From positions 1-50,534 of the forward strand of contig JAEOSZ010000009.1 in assembly GCA_016840095.1 (NCBI GenBank): 50,534 nucleotides of DNA. Direction: 5' to 3'. This DNA comes from Candidatus Heimdallarchaeota archaeon (GTDB taxonomy: Archaea; Asgardarchaeota; Heimdallarchaeia; Heimdallarchaeales; Heimdallarchaeaceae). The translations under genes and the position numbers were made by a program. Position 1 is the first letter of the stretch; each line of letters begins with the position of its first letter. Positions 1 through 8,073 of the stretch are shown piece after piece. The notes beneath the pieces were generated by a model that was not told the origin of the DNA, did not search any database, and saw only the letters and a list, made by a program, of their open reading frames with translations.

Positions 1-2
1 CT

Positions 3-533
3 TTATACTTAGAACAAAAATTCCGTTCCGGAAAGAAGAAAATGACCAAAGATGAAGCTTTGCAACTTATCGATAGAAAGACTTCAAGCTTATTTGAAGC
101 AGCTTCTGTTATTGGTTTACTTCTTGGGAATAGCTCAAAAAAAGATAGAGAGGCTATGAAAAATTATGGTAAGTTATTCGGAAGAGCATTCCAACTAAGG
201 GATGATTATTTTTCTCTTACTTCAAAGCAAAATGAATTAGGAAAGTCAGGTGTGTGGACAGATATCTCAAATCGTATACAAACTTATATTGTGCTAGAAG
301 CAATGGATATTGTTAATCCCAAAGAAAAGAAGATTCTTGATAATTATTATATTGACAAGAGTGATTATCCAACAGAGGAAATTAAATCTATCTTAGTAGA
401 ATCTGGGGCTTTAGAAATTGTTAAGCATCAAATAGAGCTTTATACTGATGAAGCGAATGAAATTCTTTTTAATTTCCCAAGTAGTCCATCACGAGAAAAA
501 TTAATTGAAATTACTAATCTCTTAAAGGTATAA
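3..533 (+). CDS. Polyprenyl synthetase family protein (GGPP synthase/IdsA-like), 5'-truncated by the window edge
   Basis: Frame open from the window start (LYLEQKF...MTKDEAL). Contains KTSSLF and YGKLFGRAFQLRDDY, typical of the C-terminal half of trans-prenyltransferases. The second Asp-rich motif is degenerate (DDYFS). Confidence 0.8.
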   Translation, partial: LYLEQKFRSGKKKMTKDEALQLIDRKTSSLFEAASVIGLLLGNSSKKDREAMKNYGKLFGRAFQLRDDYFSLTSKQNELGKSGVWTDISNRIQTYIVLEAMDIVNPKEKKILDNYYIDKSDYPTEEIKSILVESGALEIVKHQIELYTDEANEILFNFPSSPSREKLIEITNLLKV

Positions 534-547
534 AAAAGAAAGAGGAA

Positions 548-1621
548 TTATTCTGATCTAATTCCTTGAATATATTCACTAAACCAAATATGTGCAGTGT
601 ATCTATCTGTTGTTACAGGAGGTGCTTTAAATCCATAAGCGCAAATTGAGCTTATAGGACCACTTCCTGCTCTATTAATTGCTACTTTTGTTGCTCTAAT
701 AACATCAACAAGAGTTCCAGCAGCATTAGGACCATCTAAAGTTTCCAATCGAATATCTATTTTTATAGGCATTTCCATGAAACCTTCACCACGAATCCAG
801 AAATGCCCCACACGTCTGTTTCCAAGGAACTCGAGATAATCTGAAGTACCACTTGCTAGATTTATATCACTCCCAAAAGATTCTTTTATGGTTCTTTCTT
901 TGACATCTCGTTTGTACTGCTTTCTATCATCATCTAGAGTATTGAGTGTTTCTAGACCTCCGGCAACATCTAATTGGTAAGTGTCTTTTATCATAACTCC
1001 TTGTTCTCTTAAAACATCTAGAAATCCTTTGTGCAGAACTGTTCCTCCAGATAAGGACTGTAGATCATCACCAAGTAAACAAACATTTGCTTTCTTGAAT
1101 TTCCTTCCCCATACAGGATTATTTGCTATACTTGTAGGTGTGCAATTTATGAATGCTACTTCAGCATCTAATGCTGCTTGAGCATAAGCTTCTACTGCTT
1201 CTTCTGCACCAGAGGGCAGAGCACAGATGAATATTTCAGCTTCAGATTCCTTTAAAACATCAACTACGTTGACTTCAGAACCCTCAGCTACAGTGATAAC
1301 TTCTTGTAAATGAACAGAAAGTCCATCTTTTACTGGACCTTTTAGCACATTGACTTCAGTTTTTTCAACACTCACGAACTGGGGAGTACTATTAATTGGT
1401 GCAAAAATAGCTTCAGCTAAATCTTTTCCAACTTTTTCTGAATCTACATCAAATGCTGCTACAAGTTTAATGTTCTTTGCTTCATAACTACTTATTTTAG
1501 GATAAAGTAATTTATCCTTCTTTTCTTCGTATATATTGTGATAAATAATACCTTGAAGTAAACCTGAGGCTATGTTTCCTATTCCTGCTATTGCGACTTT
1601 AATTACATCGTTTTTCATCAT
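548..1621 (-). CDS. myo-inositol-1-phosphate synthase paralog (divergent)
   Basis: VAIAGIGNIAS, VAAFDVD..KVGKDL, GDD, DGPNAAG and FKAPP are colinear with the upstream Ino1. Start moved to ATG 1621, which follows an SD-like AGGGTGA and avoids overlap with the upstream gene. Confidence 0.85.
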   Translation of the reverse strand: MMKNDVIKVAIAGIGNIASGLLQGIIYHNIYEEKKDKLLYPKISSYEAKNIKLVAAFDVDSEKVGKDLAEAIFAPINSTPQFVSVEKTEVNVLKGPVKDGLSVHLQEVITVAEGSEVNVVDVLKESEAEIFICALPSGAEEAVEAYAQAALDAEVAFINCTPTSIANNPVWGRKFKKANVCLLGDDLQSLSGGTVLHKGFLDVLREQGVMIKDTYQLDVAGGLETLNTLDDDRKQYKRDVKERTIKESFGSDINLASGTSDYLEFLGNRRVGHFWIRGEGFMEMPIKIDIRLETLDGPNAAGTLVDVIRATKVAINRAGSGPISSICAYGFKAPPVTTDRYTAHIWFSEYIQGIRSE

Positions 1622-1628
1622 AATCACC

Positions 1629-2711
1629 CTAATTCGATGTTTCTCCTCTAATGAATTTTTCAACTAGTTCTAAAGCTATAGAATCTCTAATCTGCTCAGG
1701 AGGATGTTTGAAGAAATAGCTTGATACTCCTATAAGAGGACCCCCAATATTTCTATCCTTTGCGATTTTTAGTGATCTAATAACATCAATCATCACACCA
1801 GCACTATTTGGGGAGTCTTGCACACTTAATTTTAATTGAGCAGTTATCGGTTGTTCTCCGAAATTTCTACCTTTTAACCACAGATAACAGATTTTTTCAT
1901 CATCTAAGAATGGAACGTAATCAGAAGGCCCGATTCTTGTAGGAACTTCATATGGAAGCATGCTTGTAACAGCTTCTGTTTTAGAGATTCTCTTCGTAGT
2001 TAATCTATGTTCTTTCTTCATGTTTTCGAAATCTGTATTTCCACCGATATTTAATTGAAAAGTTTCATCTAATTTTATACCTCTATCATGAGCTAGTGAA
2101 ACTAGAACTCGATGAAGAATGGTTGCACCTAATTGAGATTTGATATCATCTCCTGCAACAGGGACATTTTTATCTGTAAACTTCTGTGCCCATTCAGGGT
2201 TTGAAGCTATAAAAGCTGGAATACCATTTGCAAAACCAACGTTAGAATCTAATGCTGCTTGAGCATATACTCTTGTTGCTTCTTCACTTCCTACAGGAAG
2301 AAAATTCACCAACACATCAGCTTCTGTATCTTTTAAAACATCTGCAACATTCACTGGTTGTACTGTTGAAGAATCATAGCAGTGGAATGACTCCATCATA
2401 TGAGGAGCTACACCATCATTAATAGGACCTGGTAACACAGTTACTCCTTTGTTAGGAACATCAGAGAATTTATTACATACATTGGGACTTTCCCAAATTG
2501 CTTCAGAAATGTCCTTCCCTATTTTCTTTGTATTTACTTCAAAAGCAGCTACTATTTCAACATCTGAAATATGATAATCACCGAACTTAACATGCATTAC
2601 TCCAGGAACAAAATCTTTCTCATCTGCATTCTTATAGTATTCAAGACCTTGTACTAAAGCTGATGCACAGTTTCCAAGACCAGCAATTGCAACTTTAACT
2701 TTTTTCGACAT
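1629..2711 (-). CDS. ino1: myo-inositol-1-phosphate synthase
   Basis: GLGNCASALVQG, GDDIKSQLGATILHR, QLNIGGNTDF, SKTEAV, GPSDYVPFL, DSPNSAG and FKHPP are canonical motifs of the archaeal/actinobacterial type. Confidence 0.95.
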   Translation of the reverse strand: MSKKVKVAIAGLGNCASALVQGLEYYKNADEKDFVPGVMHVKFGDYHISDVEIVAAFEVNTKKIGKDISEAIWESPNVCNKFSDVPNKGVTVLPGPINDGVAPHMMESFHCYDSSTVQPVNVADVLKDTEADVLVNFLPVGSEEATRVYAQAALDSNVGFANGIPAFIASNPEWAQKFTDKNVPVAGDDIKSQLGATILHRVLVSLAHDRGIKLDETFQLNIGGNTDFENMKKEHRLTTKRISKTEAVTSMLPYEVPTRIGPSDYVPFLDDEKICYLWLKGRNFGEQPITAQLKLSVQDSPNSAGVMIDVIRSLKIAKDRNIGGPLIGVSSYFFKHPPEQIRDSIALELVEKFIRGETSN

Positions 2712-2717
2712 ATTTTC

Positions 2718-2723
2718 ACCTTT
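2718..2723 (-). promoter_or_regulatory. Shine-Dalgarno-like AGGTGA upstream of ino1
   Basis: Minus strand reads AAAGGTGAAAATATG. Similar GGTG(A) motifs precede the ino1 paralog, porG and the ArsR gene. Confidence 0.55.
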
Positions 2724-2792
2724 TTCTTGTAAAAGAAAATTGTTTAAGCTTTGAGCATAGGAACGTTATGCTTTTAAAAAGTTTTACCGTAT

Positions 2793-3716
2793 ATGTTGTA
2801 TATGGAATCAAAGAGAAAAACTGTCCTTGTAACAGGTGGACTTGGGCAAATTGGTTATTATCTTTATGAAGAACTAAGAAAAGATTATAATCTATGTATT
2901 CTGGATAATTTGTCAGCATCAAAGTTTGAACCACCTGAAGATGTTATTTTCATAGAAGGAGATATAAAAAACAATGATGTTTTCACCATTTTGCCAGAAC
3001 CTGACCTGATAATCCATCTTGCAGCACAAATAAGTATCGAAAAATCAACTCAATCCCCTCTCTTTGATGCAGAAATCAATATTTTAGGCACTTTAAACGT
3101 ATTAGAATATGCTTTACGACACAATGTCCATAAATTTGTATATATTAGCTCTGCTGCCACCTTTGGACATCCTGAATTCCTCCCTATTACAGAGAGACAT
3201 CCTAAAAATCCTCTCTCTCCTTATGGATTGAGTAAGACAGTAGCAGAGCACTATGTAAAGTTGTTTTCAGAATTATTTGACCTTAATACTGCTATTGTTG
3301 TCCCCTTCAATTTATACAGTCCAATTCAAGATGAAGATGATCTATATTCTGGTGTAATTTACAAGTTTATTAAACAGGTCAAAAATGGAAAATCGCCCAT
3401 TATTCAAGGCAAAGGCGATCAATCAAGAGACTTCGTGCATGCAAAGGATGCTGCCAAGGCAATTAAGCTTGTGCTTGAAGCTGAAACTACAGAAAATAAT
3501 GAATTTATTGTAGCTTCTGGAGAATCTATAACAATAAATAATTTAGCTAATCTTATAATAGAGATCAGTGGGAAAGACTTGCTTCCTCAATTTACAGAAG
3601 AGAGATTGGGTGATATTAAACATAGTTATGCTTCAATTGATCGAATTAATCGAGAACTTGGTTTTACTCCTAGTGTATCTCTAAGAGACGGGTTGAAAGA
3701 GCTTTACCAAAGTTAA
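2793..3716 (+). CDS. NAD-dependent epimerase/dehydratase (UDP-glucose 4-epimerase-like extended SDR)
   Basis: VTGGLGQIG, HLAA, SSAATFG, catalytic YGLSK and RDFVH motifs. Confidence 0.9.
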   Translation: MLYMESKRKTVLVTGGLGQIGYYLYEELRKDYNLCILDNLSASKFEPPEDVIFIEGDIKNNDVFTILPEPDLIIHLAAQISIEKSTQSPLFDAEINILGTLNVLEYALRHNVHKFVYISSAATFGHPEFLPITERHPKNPLSPYGLSKTVAEHYVKLFSELFDLNTAIVVPFNLYSPIQDEDDLYSGVIYKFIKQVKNGKSPIIQGKGDQSRDFVHAKDAAKAIKLVLEAETTENNEFIVASGESITINNLANLIIEISGKDLLPQFTEERLGDIKHSYASIDRINRELGFTPSVSLRDGLKELYQS

Positions 3717-3767
3717 ACCAACTTCTTCTATTACGCAAAGTAAAAATATAACTATTACTTATTAGCA

Positions 3768-5576
3768 TTGATGCCAGATTTCGTTATTGATACAAATTTC
3801 TATATTAGTGGGTTTCAGACATTACCCAATACTTTCTCAAAATTTGCTAAAGCTTTCAAAGCTATCAATTTTCAAATCCACATGCCTTTTTACATTAAGA
3901 ATGAGATGAGATTCTTCCTTCAGAGAGAAATTATCCCTCATGTTAAAACTTCTGAAGTGAATCAAAACGAATTCAATAAATTTCTACAGAAAATACATAA
4001 ACACACTTCAAACCTTCCACAGAAACCAGATCTATCAGTTATTTTTCTCGCTGACAAATTAAGTGCTACAATTGTGTCAAGTGACTTAAAACTACTTGAA
4101 ACAGCAGAATTAATTGGAATATCTACTCTCACAAATAGTGCTTTTATGAGTTTTGTACTTGAAGAAAATAAAGATCCTTCTTTAACTTCATTTCTGAAGG
4201 AACTGGAAAATAAATTAATAACAGCTGAAATCAGATATTCAATTGAAAGTACAAATAGATATGATCCTGTAAAAAGAATCAGGAAGATCATAGATTCAGC
4301 TATTTCTGTAATTCGAACTGAATACGAAGAGAAGATTTCTCAATTAGCTCAAAGCGATTTAACTGAAGCTGATGGATTCTCTATTGAATCTCTACAATTG
4401 AAGGAACTTCTAACTGAAGCACAAAGCGATTTACAAGGACTAGAAGTGGATTTTAAGACAGGTCATTATATGGAACTTGAAAGCGAACTATTGGCAAGAA
4501 TTAGTGAAATAACAGATCATTTAGTAGACTGGAAACTTGCAGTTGATGATATTGAAGATCACATAATCTATAATGAAGCAAATCTACTTCTAGGAAGACT
4601 ACATTATCTTGCTTGTATTGCATTAATTGAAAACAAAAAAGTAGAACTCTCTAGAGTTTATATGGACAAATTACTTATGATTTTGTTACAGAACTCTGAA
4701 GCCAATGAACAATATGGAATAGATACTCATTTCTTAAGAATGATTATTTTATTATTGTCTGGTCAGTTTCACAGATTGAATTCTTATTTTACACCTGCTT
4801 TTGAAGATGAGTGTAATCAATATCAAAGAGCTGACGTTGTAAACGTCTTGAAAGCTTTAATCCTTCTAACAGTTATTCTAGGAAGTGAAAAGGCAGTTGA
4901 ATCAGCAAAAGATTATGATTATGATAACATTGAATTCATAAATCAGTTAGGTTTCAAGTTCATGCAATTAGAGGATTTAGACAAAGCAGCTATGATGTTC
5001 GAACAAACTTTCTATCTCTCCTTGAATTCAAAGAATAGAGGTTTATGCATTGCTAGTCTAGAATATTTAGGTTGGCTCTATTTTTCAGGATTTCAACCAG
5101 CAAAAACCACTATTCAGCAGCTTTATCAATCAATGATTAAAAAATTCCCAGAGATAAAATCAAGTTATCAAGTTAGTTTAGATGTTTCTACCAAACCAAA
5201 AGAATTAGAGAAATTCGTCTCTTCTTCTTATCAAGCCTTATCATCACTAGCTGTTGATCTAAAGTCACCCTTATACTGTGTAGGAATATCTTACATAAAA
5301 GAGAAAAACAAAATCAAACCTCTGATCAGAGTAATGAACTGGGGAATGATGGCTAGAATAGGAATCATAGATGAAAACCAAGAATTGATCCAGAACTCTT
5401 CTCTCGGTAATACTATTCATCTTATCGATGGAAAATTCAAAATTGTACCAGCATCTTCACATTTTAGAAAACAACATGATGTTGAGTTAATTTTGCATAT
5501 AGATCATGTTTCTCAACCGACAATCCTTTGTAGATCACCTGGTGGCTGGGAATTAACAACAATAGCTGATAAGTAA
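3768..5576 (+). CDS. PIN-domain protein with long helical-repeat (TPR-like) region
   Basis: N-terminal FVIDTNF...NEM...PDLSV...IVSSD gives the four acidic PIN residues. About 350 aa of amphipathic helices follow (NQLGFKFMQLEDLDKAAMMFEQ is TPR-like), then a beta-rich C-terminus. Confidence 0.7.
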   Translation: MMPDFVIDTNFYISGFQTLPNTFSKFAKAFKAINFQIHMPFYIKNEMRFFLQREIIPHVKTSEVNQNEFNKFLQKIHKHTSNLPQKPDLSVIFLADKLSATIVSSDLKLLETAELIGISTLTNSAFMSFVLEENKDPSLTSFLKELENKLITAEIRYSIESTNRYDPVKRIRKIIDSAISVIRTEYEEKISQLAQSDLTEADGFSIESLQLKELLTEAQSDLQGLEVDFKTGHYMELESELLARISEITDHLVDWKLAVDDIEDHIIYNEANLLLGRLHYLACIALIENKKVELSRVYMDKLLMILLQNSEANEQYGIDTHFLRMIILLLSGQFHRLNSYFTPAFEDECNQYQRADVVNVLKALILLTVILGSEKAVESAKDYDYDNIEFINQLGFKFMQLEDLDKAAMMFEQTFYLSLNSKNRGLCIASLEYLGWLYFSGFQPAKTTIQQLYQSMIKKFPEIKSSYQVSLDVSTKPKELEKFVSSSYQALSSLAVDLKSPLYCVGISYIKEKNKIKPLIRVMNWGMMARIGIIDENQELIQNSSLGNTIHLIDGKFKIVPASSHFRKQHDVELILHIDHVSQPTILCRSPGGWELTTIADK

Positions 5577-5629
5577 TCTGACACTAATACTTCCGAAATT
5601 CTTTTTACTACTAGTGTAGAATTGAATGT

Positions 5630-6349
5630 ATGGAACTCGTAGAAACCGGGATAATTGGATTAGATGGAATCCTTGGAGGAGGATTGCCAAAAGGTAGAAC
5701 AATTCTTGTTTCTGGCCCTGCTGGCGCTGGAAAGTCCACTTTTGGAATGCAATTTCTTTACCATGGTATAGTTTCTGGTGGAGAAAGTGGAATTTTCGTG
5801 TCCTTTGATGAACATCCCGAACATGTACGTGAAGAAACACTGAATTTTGGATGGAACCTGAATGACATTGAGAAAGACAATCTGCTTGTGATTTTTGATG
5901 GTTTCAGTCCTAGAGCTGGAGTAGGCTCAGATGAGAAATATCAAACTCCTGTAGATGTAGATGAACTAATAACTCAACTGGTAGAAGTAATTGATAAAAC
6001 CTCAGCTGAAAGAGTTGTTATTGATAGTATTACTGCTTTAGCTCTTTCTATGGCTTCAGAACAGCAAATTAGAAGACAAATTCTGAAACTTAGTGCTGTT
6101 ATGTCTTCATTAGAATGTACAACAATTTTAACCAGCGAAATGAGAGATGGTGTAGTGAGTAGATTTGGTGTAGAAGAGTTCATGAGTCAAGGAGTTATTG
6201 TCCTAAATTATGAATATAGGAACAATGTCGCAATACGAAGTATGAACATTCGTAAAATGCGTGGGTTGAAACACGAAATGTCTGAAAGACCGTTTGCTAT
6301 CACTCCAAATGGAATAGAAGTTTTTTCAAGTGAACAATTTTATTTCTAA
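5630..6349 (+). CDS. KaiC/RAD55-family single-domain RecA-fold ATPase
   Basis: TGIIGLDGILGGGLP, Walker A GPAGAGKS, Walker B VVIDS, TSE, and the KMRG arginine-finger motif. Confidence 0.92.
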   Translation: MELVETGIIGLDGILGGGLPKGRTILVSGPAGAGKSTFGMQFLYHGIVSGGESGIFVSFDEHPEHVREETLNFGWNLNDIEKDNLLVIFDGFSPRAGVGSDEKYQTPVDVDELITQLVEVIDKTSAERVVIDSITALALSMASEQQIRRQILKLSAVMSSLECTTILTSEMRDGVVSRFGVEEFMSQGVIVLNYEYRNNVAIRSMNIRKMRGLKHEMSERPFAITPNGIEVFSSEQFYF

Positions 6350-6498
6350 TTTGATTGCTCTAAACATGCCTTTGATAGTAAGACTGTGTAACATGACACA
6401 TAAACCAATATGAATGAGTGTATTTTGTAGAAATTTGTGTATCATCCCATAGGAATCAATACAAATTCTACATGGATAGATCCTAGATGCACTAGATA

Positions 6499-6678
6499 GT
6501 GATATGGGGTTCAGGAATAGATAGAACATTTATAGCTCTTTACATAATGTTGGGATTGTGCTTAGTTGGATTAATATATGAAAGTACAATAACCAATTAC
6601 AATCAACAAAATACAATACTTACTCTACAAGAAAAGATTAAGGAATTTGAAAAGGTAGATTTAGGAATAAATAATTAA
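6499..6678 (+). CDS. Putative 59-aa single-TM small protein or gene remnant (below the ORF-track cutoff)
   Basis: GTG-start ORF reading (M)IWGSGIDRTFIALYIMLGLCLVGLIYESTITNYNQQNTILTLQEKIKEFEKVDLGINN, with one hydrophobic segment. Confidence 0.3.
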   Translation: MIWGSGIDRTFIALYIMLGLCLVGLIYESTITNYNQQNTILTLQEKIKEFEKVDLGINN

Positions 6679-6885
6679 AAAACAGAATATCCTGATATTA
6701 AATTTAATCATTATTCAAAAAGACTTTTAAAGTCGATTGTGCAGAATTTCGCATAATCGTTAGACAAGGAACGAAAGAATAGATGGACACTAAAACAAAC
6801 AGAGAGCACGATGTTGCTCAGGAGAGAGTAAGATTAAAGCGATTGATGGAGGAGAGAGCTGTAATCGAAGAGATGATGAGGGAAG

Positions 6886-7632
6886 ATGATGAAAGAGGAC
6901 GTTAAACTATATCTAATGTTCATATTTACAGTTATTATTGCAAGTTCTCCAAGCGTAATTTATGCTGAAAAAAAGACAGAAATAATAACAACAGATAATG
7001 AAACAGAATTGAATTTTTTAGTAGAAGTCGAGGAATTTCTGATAGAGGGATTAACTACAATAAATTTCACAGTGATTCTCAAAGCATTACAAGAGGGAGT
7101 ACACTCAATAGATGGGATGATTATTGTATTCCAAATTAAGAATAGTCAATCAGTCACGTATTTATTTGAAGATACTATCACTTCAGATAGTTTGAGTTTA
7201 AGTGAAGAGAATGATAGTAGAAGTGAAATAAGTCAATTCTACTATTATAGAGAATGGGGGAGAATTTCAAATGATTTATCCTTGATAATACATGAGAATG
7301 TCACTGGAAGTACATTGGAACTCAACGATCCAAATTGGATATCAACTAATTTCAACGACTTTCTAACACTTAAACCAGACTATTTTTTGAGAAAGCACTA
7401 CTATGTAGTAGTAATAGGAGCAGGAATAATAGGAATAACCTATAGTTTCATACGAATAAGAAAAAGAATTAGAAAAAGAGTAGTTACACAACCTCAGAAG
7501 ATTGTCAGTTATTGTACTCGTTGTGGAACTAAGGCCGAACACAAACTAGGTGATATGAAACAATTAGATGAATTAATGTCTTATTGTCCCAGTTGTGCTG
7601 AATATTATGTATATTATGGTGAGAAAAAATAG
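6886..7632 (+). CDS. Type I membrane protein with cytoplasmic C-terminal zinc ribbon
   Basis: Signal peptide-like N-terminus, ectodomain with NxS/T sequons, TM helix (YYVVVIGAGIIGITYSFI), basic stop-transfer stretch, then CTRC...CPSC. Confidence 0.75.
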   Translation: MMKEDVKLYLMFIFTVIIASSPSVIYAEKKTEIITTDNETELNFLVEVEEFLIEGLTTINFTVILKALQEGVHSIDGMIIVFQIKNSQSVTYLFEDTITSDSLSLSEENDSRSEISQFYYYREWGRISNDLSLIIHENVTGSTLELNDPNWISTNFNDFLTLKPDYFLRKHYYVVVIGAGIIGITYSFIRIRKRIRKRVVTQPQKIVSYCTRCGTKAEHKLGDMKQLDELMSYCPSCAEYYVYYGEKK

Positions 7633-7767
7633 AAATTATTTGTTACTTCAATAAGATTGGTTTCCTTTACTTCTATCCCTCTAAAATTACTTACAATTCT
7701 ATTGTCAGAAATTAGTAATCATCAACAAACTTTTAAAAAGTTAGTATAAAACTTGCTTCAGATTAAC

Positions 7768-7986
7768 ATGGGTAATATACGAACAAGCCAAGTAAAACGT
7801 TTATCCAAGCAAATAGTAAGAGATTTTCACGATCAATTAAACACAGAATTTGAAAACAACAAGCATGTTGTTGAAGAAGTATGTACCACAATGTCCAAGA
7901 AGATGCGAAATCAAATAGCAGGCTATGTTACTCGTATCATGAGACAATTCAAAGATCAGAAAATACAAGTTTTAGAAGAACTCTAA
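7768..7986 (+). CDS. rps17e: 30S ribosomal protein S17e
   Basis: MGNIRTSQVKR...FENNK...SKKMRNQIAGYVT signature. ATG 7768 is the likely start. Confidence 0.96.
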   Translation: MGNIRTSQVKRLSKQIVRDFHDQLNTEFENNKHVVEEVCTTMSKKMRNQIAGYVTRIMRQFKDQKIQVLEEL

Positions 7987-8073
7987 GTTCACTAAATACT
8001 CTTTTCATCCCTCTTTCTTAAATTTCGAATTAATCAAGTAAGATATTTATACATCTATATTAGAAAATATATA

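Noticed and set aside
5630-6349. KaiC as a circadian clock gene or RadA/RadB
   Set aside because: It is a single domain with no kaiA/kaiB nearby and lacks the RadA N-terminal HhH domain. It fits generic archaeal KaiC-like ATPases.
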